Shown piece after piece: positions 35,201-47,642 of a DNA stretch of 64,000 bases; position 1 is the first letter of the stretch; each line of letters starts with the position of its first letter. The DNA is from Elsinoe ampelina (Eukaryota): positions 324,677 through 388,676 of the forward strand of contig ML992517.1 of assembly GCA_010093995.1 (NCBI GenBank), written 5' to 3'. Both the position numbers and the translations under genes were made by a program. The notes under the pieces were generated by a model. The model ran no database searches. It saw nothing but the letters and a program-made list of their open reading frames with translations, and was not told the DNA's origin.

Positions 35201-38040
35201 GGATAGGGATTACTATAACTAATAGAGTTAATAGAAGACGTAGTTATAGATTAATTAGATCGTCGGAGTCTACTATAGTAAAGTAGAGGTTATATAGTAT
35301 TATAGATAGTATAGGTGTTTATAATATTACACTTATTTAGCTATATAATTTTAAATAATAGATTTGTTTTTAGACTATTAGAAAGTCTTCTCTACTATTA
35401 CTTTACGCGAGGCATTTTAAAACGCACTAGTAGCCCCTATACAATTATAAATATTAATTATAACTAACATTTTCAATTCTAACCTTTAAAGCATATAATA
35501 AACAGGAAGGATTAAAGTATTATTACATTATATTATTATAGTAAAGAAATTCGTTACTCTCTCTATACTATTCCTCTAGTATAAAGTACCACCTAAAGCT
35601 CTAACTCTTAATATATTACTGACCTAGAACTTCTTATAGTAGCGCTTAGCGAGGCTAGAGTCCTTAGCCTAGATAGTAATACGCTTAGCATAGATAGTAT
35701 TAAGGTTTATATCTATATATAGTATTAATAGAGAATTTAACACATATTAGATAAGTATATACCTTCTATATATCTAACAATAAATGCCTCTACTAATTCC
35801 TAGAGAGCTCTAATTATACTAGTCTAGAAGCGGAGGTTAGACTTAAAGTTCTAAGTAATCTTATAGATAAGGTAAGAAAAGAAGAGCTTATAGAATAATA
35901 GAGTAACCTCTTTCTAGTAGCGACGAATCTCTTAGAGAGCGATAGCTAGCTTCTATTAGTTCTATACTATAATTAAAGACTATAATAATTACTGCCGGGC
36001 TTATATCTATACTTCTTTCTAGGCTTAGCTCTGGATTATAGCATCTTCTTTATAGTAGGTTACTTCCCTTTATAACCTCTTTCTCTAGGACTAGTAGTAG
36101 CTTAAGGACGATTCTTAGTACGTACTATAGTAAAACGAGAAGTTGTTTATATATAGCTAAGGAGTTAAAGTTCGTATATAAAATTTTAATATATATAAAA
36201 TAGTAAAAAGAGAAAGCTAGAGTAAGAAATGTAAAATCTATTATTAGATGTACTATTTACTATTAACAATAAGAACAATAGAAGAATAATAAATAACTTA
36301 TATAATAATAGCTTCCTTGTTCCTTGCCCTAGCTTTCCCTTTTATTATTTTACATATTTGTAAATTGTAATTTCTAACTCTAACTTTACCTTTATACCTT
36401 TACCTCTTTTACTTACCTTACGCACAATTTATATACCACAAATACTCTTTTTATTATATTTAATTAAATGTCTATACCTATAAAAGACGTTAAGATAGAG
36501 TAGAAAGAGTAGGTAGTAATTAAGTAGGAAGAAGACTCTAGAGAGAATATTCTAAGGGAATTATTAGGGGTATTAATTACAGTTTCTTATTATATACAGT
36601 TGCTAACAATACTAGGGGTTTAATTCTAAGTAGTAGGAAATTAAATACGAGATCTCTTAGCATAGCGCTAGTTAAACTAGAAGAGGCTATAAGACTAGAT
36701 TTGTCGCTAGACACTCTAGACCTCTAAGTTAAAGCGCTTATACTATTAAGTAGAGAGATTATGCTTCTTAGCGCATATATAAGAAGCAAGCCCTAGCTAC
36801 CGCTTATATAGTAGATTATAAAGTAGTTAGTACTTTATATAACAAGATTAAGATAGAGAATAGGTAGGACTAGCTCTCTACTAATAAGTAGAATATCAAA
36901 ATTAATAATGCTATTAATAATATAGAGGAGAAACGCTTTAATAAGTAGAGGAGTAGTAAGTCTATTATTATAGTATACTATTATAGTAGTACTAATTGTT
37001 ATAGGCGAGTAGCTCGAATCTATATTTATATAGACCTACAAGAAATAGGCTAGTATTAGAAAGACTCTATAAAAGCAAGAGTATAATAAGATTATTAAGC
37101 ATATCTAAGATAATATAGTAGTAAATTAGCAAGGCGAACAACAGCTAACACGAGCCTATACGTATATCTATAGTACTAGCGGTATTATCGAGAAGCTATA
37201 GCACTAGATTTACTAGAATAGCTATATAAGCCTTGTTACTAACGACACTAATAATAAATAGACACACGAGATTTTTTTTAAGTAGCTTAAAGAGCTCTCT
37301 CCTACGGAATTAGTAGTCTTATAGGATCCTAACTAGTAGTAAGTTTATTATAGTCTTTAATTACAGTGTATTCTAATAATTATATAGGTAAGTTATTCCT
37401 CTACCTCCTAAGTATAAATGCATCTCCGAGCTTAAACTCTATAGTACTAGGCTATACTATAAAGGAGACAACGATAACGAGTATAAGGAGAAGGTTAAGG
37501 AGAATAAGGATAAGATCGAAAGGATGTTAGATAAAGAAGCTAGTAGTAAGAAGAATAATTATTTAGGTGTTAAAGTTAAAGATAAGTCGGATAGTAAGGA
37601 TAAGAATAATAAGGTTATAGAGTACTCTAAGCTTAAGACTAACACTAATAACGATAATAAGGATAAGGATATAAAGGATAAGGATATAGAGGATAAGGAT
37701 GCTACTAAGGTTAAGGATAAGGAGATGTCTAATGCCTAGGTATAATAGGAATTAAAAGTGCAAAATCTATAAGTAGTAGCATTAGAGAATATAGTTTATA
37801 ATTAGAATCTGTAATTAGTAATCCTCTCTTGTCAACTTTTGAGATTACTACTTAAACTTTTTAGATTACTAATACCCTACTAGGTATAAAATTAATTACT
37901 CTACCCTACCCTACTTACCTCCTGGTATACTCTACCCTTACCTACCTTAGCGTAGGTATACTAAGAGGTAGGTAGAGTATAGGTAGGGTAGGGTATAGGT
38001 ATCTAAATTATATACTCTACTCTACCTACTAACTACCCTA
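32276..38040 (-). mobile_element. Full-length hAT DNA transposon (RIPed) nested in the copia element
   Basis: TIRs tagagtagttagtaggtag / ctacctactaactacccta; 8-bp TSD gtaaagta (32268-32275, 38041-38048); minus-strand relics TL(D)(G)(W)S ~34480, D.KT(RW)N ~33880 and hATC (WW)KTNEKKF..ILAI.IASVGVE.VFNIA ~32890-33010. Confidence 0.92.
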
Positions 38041-38149
38041 GTAAAGTATAATAAGTAGTTAGTAGTATAGGATAGTAGTTAGTATTAAGTAGTAGATATA
38101 GCTTAGGTATAAGTAGCTAGTAATAGAGTTATAATAGCTTTTCCTTTCT

Positions 38150-41027
38150 CTCTTTTTAATAATAAAGTAATAGATATTACTTTAGGCTTCTAATAAATAA
38201 GATAGCTTAATAAGTAGTAGTAGCATAAATAACATACTTAAAATAATAATATATATAAAATCTAAATAAGTGTATAGTATAGATATATACTAAGTAATTA
38301 GCCTTTACTAATTAATTAAGGATCTTATTAGGAGACTTAGGCTTTATAAGTGTATTAGCTAATTACTAAGTTATATTAATATACTTAAGCTTAATTGCTC
38401 TAAGCTTATACTACTCTCTATAGTAATAATTCCTTAAATTAATATACTTAGATCTTCTTAAATTAGTATAATCTCTTATAAGTTTAATAGCTAACTTATT
38501 ATTAACAAAGACTATAGTTAGGCTAAGGTAAATATTAGTAAGTAGCCTAAGTTTAATAATAAGATTTCTTAACTAATTAATCTCTCTATAGGTCTTAGTA
38601 AGGGTAAGGTATTTAGCCTTAGTACTTAATAATATAATAATCTTCTATAGCCTTAACTTCTAAATAACTAGTGTACTAAGTATATAAATAATAGTACTAG
38701 ATATAGATCTTATAGTTAATCTATCTNNNNNNNNNNNNNNNNNNNNNNNNNNNNNNNNNNNNNNNNNNNNNNNNNNNNNNNNNNNNNNNNNNNNNNNNNN
38801 NNNNNNNNNNNNNNNNNNNNNNNNNNNNNNNNNNNNNNNNNNNNNNNNNNNNNNNNNNNNNNNNNNNNNNNNNNNNNNNNNNNNNNNNNNNNNNNNNNNN
38901 NNNNNNNNNNNNNNNNNNNNNNNNNNNNNNNNNNNNNNNNNNNNNNNNNNNNNNNNNNNNNNNNNNNNNNNNNNNNNNNNNNNNNNNNNNNNNNNNNNNN
39001 NNNNNNNNNNNNNNNNNNNNNNNNNNNNNNNNNNNNNNNNNNNNNNNNNNNNNNNNNNNNNNNNNNNNNNNNNNNNNNNNNNNNNNNNNNNNNNNNNNNN
39101 NNNNNNNNNNNNNNNNNNNNNNNNNNNNNNNNNNNNNNNNNNNNNNNNNNNNNNNNNNNNNNNNNNNNNNNNNNNNNNNNNNNNNNNNNNNNNNNNNNNN
39201 NNNNNNNNNNNNNNNNNNNNNNNNNNNNNNNNNNNNNNNNNNNNNNNNNNNNNNNNNNNNNNNNNNNNNNNNNNNNNNNNNNNNNNNNNNNNNNNNNNNN
39301 NNNNNNNNNNNNNNNNNNNNNNNNNNNNNNNNNNNNNNNNNNNNNNNNNNNNNNNNNNNNNNNNNNNNNNNNNNNNNNNNNNNNNNNNNNNNNNNNNNNN
39401 NNNNNNNNNNNNNNNNNNNNNNNNNNNNNNNNNNNNNNNNNNNNNNNNNNNNNNNNNNNNNNNNNNNNNNNNNNNNNNNNNNNNNNNNNNNNNNNNNNNN
39501 NNNNNNNNNNNNNNNNNCTATTAGTAAGCCTCTTAGTCTTAAAGACCTATTTGCCTATTATTAGCCTAACACCTCTTAGTGCCTAAGATTTCTTAATAAT
39601 TAAAAAGGTTTTAGAGTTAGTTAGAGCCTTCTACTCTATCTCTATTATAGCTTACTAGTAATAACCTTTAGGAGAGAACAGTACATCTCTTACTATTTAT
39701 AGGTCTAGCTTAAAATTAACAGCTATAGATCTAATAATCTTACTATTATTAAGTTTCTTATAATTAATCTAGCGATATATTCTAAGGGACCTTCTAATAG
39801 TTTCTTATAGTAAGAAAGATCTCTTCCTTTTACTAGTTAGAGGTTATATATTAAATAGTATAATAAGGAAGTTAACATCCTTATTCTATATATATATTAG
39901 TAGTTAATTAACATTAACTATAGGATTAAAGGTTAAATATAGTTCACTAACAACTTTAGGTAGTAGTATTATAAGGTCTTTACCTTTATAATTAGTAATA
40001 TTAAGTTGCTTCTCCTATTTATTAATAGGTTAAGGATCTAGTTTAGGATATTAGTGTTACTCCTTCTATTCTTTAATAGGGGTAGGTAATTATTATTTAT
40101 ATCTAGGGATTAAAGGGTAGTTAGATATTAGTTATTTAACTTAAGGTTATTTAGCCTAAGTAGTTTATAGATTCTTATAACTAAAGGGTAGTTAATTATA
40201 GCTATAGCCTTAATTATAATTACTACTAAATGTCTACTTCCTCTAAAGCTATAAAGCTTTAGGTTATTATATCTATAAGATATATAGCTATCTAATAACT
40301 TATATTGCCTAGTCTTTATAGACTATGTTCTTATTAAATGTTACATAGGGTAATATAATAATCTTTCCCTTCTAGGCTTACTAAGTATAATACTAATAGA
40401 GTATCTAGATAAGGTAATTAGTTATTAAGTTGTTCTATATGCTAATATACTAACTAAGTAGTACTCTAGCTTAGAATTTGTGTAATTTAGGAACATATTA
40501 GTTATAGATATAGGCTCTATAGCCGAAGTGTCTAATATAAGTTAATAAGACTAGCCTATTATTATTAAGAAGATTCTTTCTTAGCTCTTATATAGGAATC
40601 TTCTTAGTTTTAGTATAGGTAATTCTATTACTAATATAAATTACAAACTCTATAACTATATACTAGAGTTTAAGAGGTACTTTATAATTAATAAAGATAT
40701 ATCTTGTTTTAAGAATAACTACTTTATTAGTAGCCTTAGATTTACTATTTTAGTATTAAGTATTAGGTATAGAGATGTTTTATCTCTACTCTTTAAGATA
40801 AATAGCTATTACTAGTTTATAGTTCTTAAATTTACCTCCTCTATTAGAGATAAAGATAAATAAAAGCTTATTATAGGCTATTTTATTCCTTATATAGATA
40901 AGTTTAATTACTACTAGTATATTACTCTTAAGGAAGAGGATAGTAATAAACTTATACTTACTCTTGCTATATGTTATAAAGAGAAGATATTTATAGCCCT
41001 TACTTAACTATAGTTTAATAGGACTAA
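38150..41027 (-). mobile_element. Probable gypsy-type pol fragments nested in the copia element (interrupted by gaps)
   Basis: Minus-strand relics resembling gypsy RT/RNaseH (LDTSAI ~40520, LPI(L/P)KTKR ~40610, PYVTFNK ~40340); ends unresolved. Confidence 0.4.
38727..39517. other. Assembly gap (N run)
   Basis: Run of n. Confidence 1.
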
Positions 41028-41657
41028 NNNNNNNNNNNNNNNNNNNNNNNNNNNNNNNNNNNNNNNNNNNNNNNNNNNNNNNNNNNNNNNNNNNNNNNNN
41101 NNNNNNNNNNNNNNNNNNNNNNNNNNNNNNNNNNNNNNNNNNNNNNNNNNNNNNNNNNNNNNNNNNNNNNNNNNNNNNNNNNNNNNNNNNNNNNNNNNNN
41201 NNNNNNNNNNNNNNNNNNNNNNNNNNNNNNNNNNNNNNNNNNNNNNNNNNNNNNNNNNNNNNNNNNNNNNNNNNNNNNNNNNNNNNNNNNNNNNNNNNNN
41301 NNNNNNNNNNNNNNNNNNNNNNNNNNNNNNNNNNNNNNNNNNNNNNNNNNNNNNNNNNNNNNNNNNNNNNNNNNNNNNNNNNNNNNNNNNNNNNNNNNNN
41401 NNNNNNNNNNNNNNNNNNNNNNNNNNNNNNNNNNNNNNNNNNNNNNNNNNNNNNNNNNNNNNNNNNNNNNNNNNNNNNNNNNNNNNNNNNNNNNNNNNNN
41501 NNNNNNNNNNNNNNNNNNNNNNNNNNNNNNNNNNNNNNNNNNNNNNNNNNNNNNNNNNNNNNNNNNNNNNNNNNNNNNNNNNNNNNNNNNNNNNNNNNNN
41601 NNNNNNNNNNNNNNNNNNNNNNNNNNNNNNNNNNNNNNNNNNNNNNNNNNNNNNNNN
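41028..41657. other. Assembly gap (N run)
   Basis: Run of n. Confidence 1.
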
Positions 41658-42911
41658 CTCTATTCTTACTATAGGTTAAGAATAATAATATAGATACTAC
41701 TACTACTCTATAGACTAGTATAATAATATTAATATTAGTGTTAGAGTATTTATCTAATTTATCTACCTTAGTAGGTTCTCTAGATTCTTTAATAGCTACT
41801 TAACCTTTAACTTTCTTAGTCTTTAACTTGTTACTTTTGTCTTTAGCCTTTATACCTTTATTATTTAACTTGTCTTTGTTATTCCTTTTACTTTAACTCT
41901 TTAGTACTTTCTTAAGGTACTACTTAAAGTAATCTATATTAGAGTAGACATAATAAGTACACTAAGTGTATTAATCCTTAATATAACTAGCTACTCTATA
42001 AATAGGGTTTAGATTAGTTCTTCTATTATATAGGGGCTTCTATATTCTAAGAGAGTCTATTATCTCTTCTAGACTCTTCTTATAGTTAAGGCTAGATCTT
42101 TAGCTCCTTAACTATTTAGTAGTCTCTATTTCTATAATAAACATAGTTTTAATATAGTATAGAGGGAGCCTAAACTTATCTAGTTTAGTACTAATAGTAC
42201 TTACTCTTTGCTCTATAGTAATAGTATATTAATAATAGTACTTTATAAAATCTTTATAGTACCTTTAGGTGTTATAACTTATTATAATTACCTTATTAAG
42301 GTTATAGATAGCTATATATAGCTTATATAAAATAACAAGTTTAAATGTAGCTTTAATAGTATTTAGAAGTTTCTTTAAAGTCTTCTAAGTTATACTATAG
42401 TAAGGTCTAATAGATTTATAAATTCTTATTATAATAATACTATAAGTAATTCTATTATTCTTATGCTAGGTTTTATTTCTAACCTTATAGACTGCCTTAG
42501 TGCCTTTACTAGTATCTAGGGCTAGTTCTTTAGGCTTTATAACTACTAGTATCTAGTTAATGTTATAAATTGTATATCTAAGTATATCCTTTTTAAGGAG
42601 AGTTACCTTAAGGGTTAATCTCTAAGTACTATAGTTGCTCTCTCTCTTAAGAATCTAAGTCTTAAGCATTTTTGCTAATTTAGATATAATAATAGTAATT
42701 AGCTAAAGGCCTATTAATTTAATTAATATAATTAGCTTGTTTAAGCCGTTTAAGCCGTTTAATTAAAGGGTTAATACGGGCTACTATAAGTATTTATCTT
42801 AATGTAGCTAGTCCAGAATTTAGTGTAGGCGGCTTAGTAATCCTTTTTATAATAACATGCTTAATTTGCTATAGCTTTAAGTGCTTTTATAGAAGCGCCG
42901 GGCTTATAACC

Positions 42912-43053
42912 TGTTATAACTAGCAAATCGGATCGAGAGACATGTGTTTTATTCAGAGAGTTACAATAACCGATTTATCTACTGTGCGTGCGCTGACTCA
43001 TCAGTACCAGTTCTTCAGTACCAGAGAAGCTGTACCAGCCTTCCATTACAACA
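42912..43053 (-). repeat. 5' LTR of copia element
   Basis: tgttataactagc...ttacaaca followed by TSD ccggg. Confidence 0.92.
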
Positions 43054-43058
43054 CCGGG

Positions 43059-43100
43059 CGCGTTTTCGGAGTCTAAACCGAAAGCGGACTCCGATCGGTC
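43059..43100. promoter_or_regulatory. CGG-rich inverted repeat, candidate Zn2Cys6 binding site
   Basis: tcggagtc-N13-gactccga (43066-43094) with internal ccg/cgg triplets, in the P450/CMD divergent intergenic region. Confidence 0.35.
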
Positions 43101-43299
43101 TTCCCCTTTGGGCTCTCCGACTACACCTCATCCAGATGAACATGACAAACACAATAGCTTCGTAAGCCGGTCACGGCAACAACGGTGATAGGAACAAGGC
43201 CATGGGGTATCGTTGTACTCCCATGCTCTGGCAGTCTGCTCGACCGGCCCCGAGCTCCTCTCAGACCGCTCGACGTTCTACCAAAAGATCCCGGCAGCG

Positions 43300-43917
43300 A
43301 TGAGCCAGTCCCAGACTTGCTTGGTTCCGTACGTGAACACGGATAATGCACCCTCAGAAGTAGCAGCAGCCATTAATCATCTTCCATACCGACGCAACAT
43401 CTTCCACCTCCTGGGCCACTCGCATGGCTCTTTCCCCAGGTTGATGAGTGTCTACGCCAACTTCTTTGATGGCAAACGACGTATCCTGCCCCTCCTGGAC
43501 TGGCAGCTCATTGTACTGCGCATTTCGGCCGTGCTGGATGCCGAGTACGAGTGGGACGTCAATTCCCCCGTTGCGCGCATAAACGGCATGTCAGACGCAA
43601 AGATAAAGGCAATCCGAGACACGAGGGCTGGGGGACGTGTGGTGAACGATTCAGATTTGTTCAGCGGCAGAGACAAGGCGATCTTGAATTTGGTTGATCA
43701 ACAACTTGCGACCTACGACAATTCGGAGGAGGTCGTGAGGCAAGCTCAAACATTCCTGAGTGTGGAGGAGCTGGTTGAGGCATATGTCGTGCTTGGGATC
43801 TATGTGTTGATCGCCAGGATCACGAAAGCGTTGAAGATAGATATGGACGGTGAGATACCGGGGTTGGAGGAGCATCTCAGGAAAGTTGTCACTGCAGATT
43901 ACCCGAAAGTACAGTAA
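43300..43917 (+). CDS. AhpD-like / carboxymuconolactone decarboxylase (CMD) family protein, 205 aa
   Basis: NIFHLLGHS, LPLLDWQLIVLRIS...AEYEW, GMSDAKI, LSVEELVE..V.G.Y pattern typical of CMD-fold proteins. Confidence 0.75.
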   Translation: MSQSQTCLVPYVNTDNAPSEVAAAINHLPYRRNIFHLLGHSHGSFPRLMSVYANFFDGKRRILPLLDWQLIVLRISAVLDAEYEWDVNSPVARINGMSDAKIKAIRDTRAGGRVVNDSDLFSGRDKAILNLVDQQLATYDNSEEVVRQAQTFLSVEELVEAYVVLGIYVLIARITKALKIDMDGEIPGLEEHLRKVVTADYPKVQ

Positions 43918-44386
43918 GGTAGCACAGTGTGACTGCAATACGTTTGAACCGCATATAACAGCATTACATGCTCCCTTCACTGTGTTGCAATCATGGCTGT
44001 TCTGGTAGTACAAGACTATACATTCAAAAGCACCGACGGAGCCAACGGGGCGACAGTGTCGTCAAGAGCAAGTCGACAGCTTGTGACACTAACCAATGGA
44101 GCGACGGTTCTGGTTTGAGTGGATGTTCACCCCTTGCTGTCCGGTCGATCACGCTAACCTGAATAGGCTTCCGAGGGTTGGCTTTGGTAATCACACATGC
44201 TGACAAACGATGGCATGCACGTGCTTGCACGTAAAGATCACATCTACCATCATAGAATTTTCTTTATGACCTTGTCAACTGTGTGTCACCACGCCAGTCT
44301 TTCACCTTCACACAAGCTCGAAACAACCCTTTCCTCTGGCAATCTCACCACAAACTACCATTTACTCACCCCTCTGACTTGGAACC

Positions 44387-46424
44387 ATGACAACGAACAA
44401 CTCCAGCCTTTCTCAAGAGGCAAATCCACAGAGTCACTTGGCTGAGTCAAAAGAGTGGGAGAAGGACACGCCTAATGGTTCCGATCACGTCAAAGAAGAA
44501 GCTCCGGAGGCGGATGCTTCTCCTCGCGATGTCCATGGATTCATGGTGAGTTGTGCCACACCCATGACATGTCTTTCGGTGCTGACAGATCAAGTGGTTC
44601 CTCGTGGTCATCAGCATTCTCTCTAGCATCTTTCTCTACTCTCTGGATAACACCATCGTTGCCGACGTAACGCCTGTGAGTGCTCCCCCAACAGCAAGGT
44701 AACGCCTATCTGACCTTTTCAGGCCATCACCAATCGCTTCGGGAACGCTGCTCTCCTGCCATGGCTATCTGTCGCGTAAGTGTCCAAAACCCTATCGCTG
44801 AAGAGACCTCATCGTCTGAAACCTGTAGGTTCCTGCTTGGTGGTTCCGCAGTAGTGTTGCCGTTCGGCAGGCTGTTTGGCTCCTTCGACGCCAAGTGGCT
44901 CTACATCGGGTCTTCGATCATATTCAACGTTGGATCTGCTGTCTGCGGAGCAGCGCCCAGCATGAACGCTCTCATTGTTGGTCGTGTCCTGGCTGGTATG
45001 GGAGGAAATGGCATGTATCTCGGAGTCATGACCCTTCTCTCAGTCAACACTTCCGACAAGGAGAGACCTGGCTATCTCAGCTTCGTGTAAGTAAGATTAT
45101 ACTTGGGTAGGGTCTGATCTCTCGAATCTAACATATTGCAGTGGTCTCGTCTGGGGCATCGGTACAGTTCTCGGCCCTGTCGTCGGCGGTGCCTTTGTCG
45201 AATCCAGCGCCACTTGGAGATGGGCTTTCTATATCAACCTCTGCATCGCCGGCTTGTGTGCACCAATCTACCTCTTCAAGATCCCCAACTTCAAACCTCG
45301 TGCTGGAACACCGACAATGACCCTTCTCAAAGAGTTGGATTTCCTTGGTACCATTCTCAGTGTTGGTGCCATCATGACAATTGTCATGGCCATCAACTTC
45401 GGCGGCACGCTTTACGACTGGGGTTCTGGCCAGATCATCGCCCTCTTCGTTGTATCAATCGTACTCTTCATCGTCTTTGGAGTTCAACAAGCGAGGCTGA
45501 TCTTGACGGATCTTCAGAATCGAATCTTCCCCTGTCAGTTCCTTCGCAACTGGAACGCAGTGCTACTGTACATCTGTGCTTCAGCCGTCAACACTGCTGG
45601 ATTCATTCCGATCTACTACATCCCACTGTACTTCCAATTCACTCGAGGCGACAATGCGATCGATGCAGCTGTTCGTCTGCTGCCCCTCATCTTCTTGTTG
45701 AGTGGTGCCATCCTCGCCAATGGTCATCTGATGTCCAGATTTGGCTATTTCCAGCCGTGGTACGTCTTCGGTAGTGTACTGGCTCTCGCCGGGGCTGCCT
45801 TGATGTGTGAGTACTCTTCAAACTACCTTTATGCTTGAAGCTGATCATGTATAGCAAAAATCGAGACAACGACTTCGGTCAGCCGCATATATGGCTACGA
45901 GGTTCTCATAGGTCTGGGGACGGGTTGTTTCATCCAAGCTGGATATGCGGTCATCCAAGCCGTCGTACCGCCAGCTGAAATGGCGTCTGCAATCAGCTTC
46001 ATGATGCTCGGTGAGTGTGTTGCAGACTATCCTAGTAATATTCGCTGATCTTTCGGATTAGCTCAACTCGGGGGCATTGCCTTCGGTCTAGCCATCGCCG
46101 GCGCTGTCTTTGTCAACAAAGCTATCAGCGGGCTCGAAGTGCTGTTACCCAGTGCTTCACGCGCGGACTTGCAACTGGCCATCACGGGGACAAGCGGTGC
46201 TTACTTTCGCACTCTTCCTGGGGACCTGCAGGGCCAGTGCATCGATGCTGTGGTGCTTGCGCTCAGGGACGTCTTCATTCCAGTCTACGTGGGTGCTGCT
46301 GTGTGTCTTGTGGCTTCAGTCGGTTTCACTGTAAGTGAACAAATCCAACACTTCTCATACGAGTATGCTGACACGATCCCAGCAACGCAGACTGTTCAAA
46401 GATGCTGTGAGCGTTGCTGCCTAA
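44387..46424 (+). CDS. MFS drug:H+ antiporter (14-TMS, DHA2-type) exporter, multi-exon
   Basis: LYSLDNTIVAD, GSAVCGAAPSMNALIVGRVLAGMG, GPVVGGAF..WRWAFYINL, YYIPLYFQF; several GT-AG introns. Confidence 0.92.
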
Positions 46425-46616
46425 AACATATGCATTCAGGTCTTCTACCATGCATAGCCGAGAAGGATAGACAAACGGGCATTCGGCGCATCTGTCCATG
46501 GGGTAACACTAAGATCTACACAAAGAGACGAGCATGGGCACAAGGATTCTGATACCTACAACTTGCATTGCAGACGGAGTAATAAATGGCATGATGCATC
46601 ATAATTATCGTGCCTA

Positions 46617-47642
46617 TCAATCATCTTTGAATAGCCATACACATTTCCGAGTGCCTGGTGTGTTTGCCTGCACTCTTTCCAGCACTTCTCTCATCACACT
46701 CTCATCGACAGGCCATTCTCTAACATCAATCTCCGGAATAGTCAACAAATTGTCCACAAACATCTGCGCTAATCCATCGAACAAGGCTTCCACCCCGCCA
46801 TCTTCCTTCTGTGCCAGGATGGCTGATCCCCTAAACGTCCTCAGTGTGATCTGCTTGGTGAAGAGGTGCTTGGCCTTCAAAATGACAGTCTCATTGATAC
46901 CTCGCAGCACACCAAGCAGAACATAAGTCGCCCCTGTCGCCACGACATCGAGCAAAGCCTCTCCCGTAGGACCAAACACACAGTCCAGCGCCAAAACAAT
47001 CGGCTCTGGAAACGAGGGACGGGCAACGACTTCAGCTTCCGTCAACACCATCTCCGCTCCAAGACCAAGCAATCTCTCCCTATCCTCCTCCGCCTCCTCA
47101 CTGTCTCGCACGACCAGCACAACCTTCACCCCCTCGATCTTTGCGAATTGCACCACAAAGTGAGCTACACAGCTCGTCCCCGCCGTCATGATGATCCAGT
47201 CTCCGGCCTTCAGGGGGATGACTTCATGCAAGAGCAGCCACGCAATCGCTACATTCGAACGGAGCAGAGCTGCAGCCAACGGTGGCGTGTCCCTAGGTAG
47301 CTTGATGAGGTTCTCATCCGGGAAGACGGCGTGAGTCCTCCATGTCCCAAGTCCCAGTCTGGCAGGTATCACCAGATCCCCCGGCTGGAAGCGTGAGGAG
47401 TTGGATCTCACCACCACTGCGCAACCGTCAAAGCCAGGGATGGGGGCGCCGTCGTGTGTGGCGGATGGACTGACGGGGTAGGAGCCGGAGAGAACCATCA
47501 TGTCGACTTTGTTGATGGGGGAGGCGGCGAATTTGACGAGGACTTGGCCTTCTACATTTGTCCATTGGGGGAGGGCGTGTTTGATGAGATGGATGTCATT
47601 GATTGCGGAAGGGATCTGGCAGGTGATGCTTGAGGCTTCCAT
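46617..47642 (-). CDS. 2-enoyl-thioester reductase (MDR family, Etr1/MECR-like)
   Basis: VLVKFAASPINKVD..GSYP, PGFDG, GDLVIP..LGTWRTH, GDWII..AGTS.V, LALDCVFG. Confidence 0.85.
   Translation of the reverse strand: MEASSITCQIPSAINDIHLIKHALPQWTNVEGQVLVKFAASPINKVDMMVLSGSYPVSPSATHDGAPIPGFDGCAVVVRSNSSRFQPGDLVIPARLGLGTWRTHAVFPDENLIKLPRDTPPLAAALLRSNVAIAWLLLHEVIPLKAGDWIIMTAGTSCVAHFVVQFAKIEGVKVVLVVRDSEEAEEDRERLLGLGAEMVLTEAEVVARPSFPEPIVLALDCVFGPTGEALLDVVATGATYVLLGVLRGINETVILKAKHLFTKQITLRTFRGSAILAQKEDGGVEALFDGLAQMFVDNLLTIPEIDVREWPVDESVMREVLERVQANTPGTRKCVWLFKDD

Larger units (their letters stand above)
30564..43053 (-). mobile_element. Copia-type LTR retrotransposon, RIPed, carrying nested insertions
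   Basis: 142-bp TG...CA LTRs at 30564-30705 and 42912-43053; 5-bp TSD ccggg (30559-30563, 43054-43058); PPT ctccccct at 30706; PBS-like ggttataagccc on minus strand at ~42900-42911; relic KSLF(S/G) RT motif ~31300 and gag CCHC-like ~41930-41970. Confidence 0.92.

Noticed and set aside
37524..37739. KD-rich 71-aa ORF as an intact gene
   Set aside because: Stop-free only because of low complexity; fragment of a RIPed ORF inside the hAT
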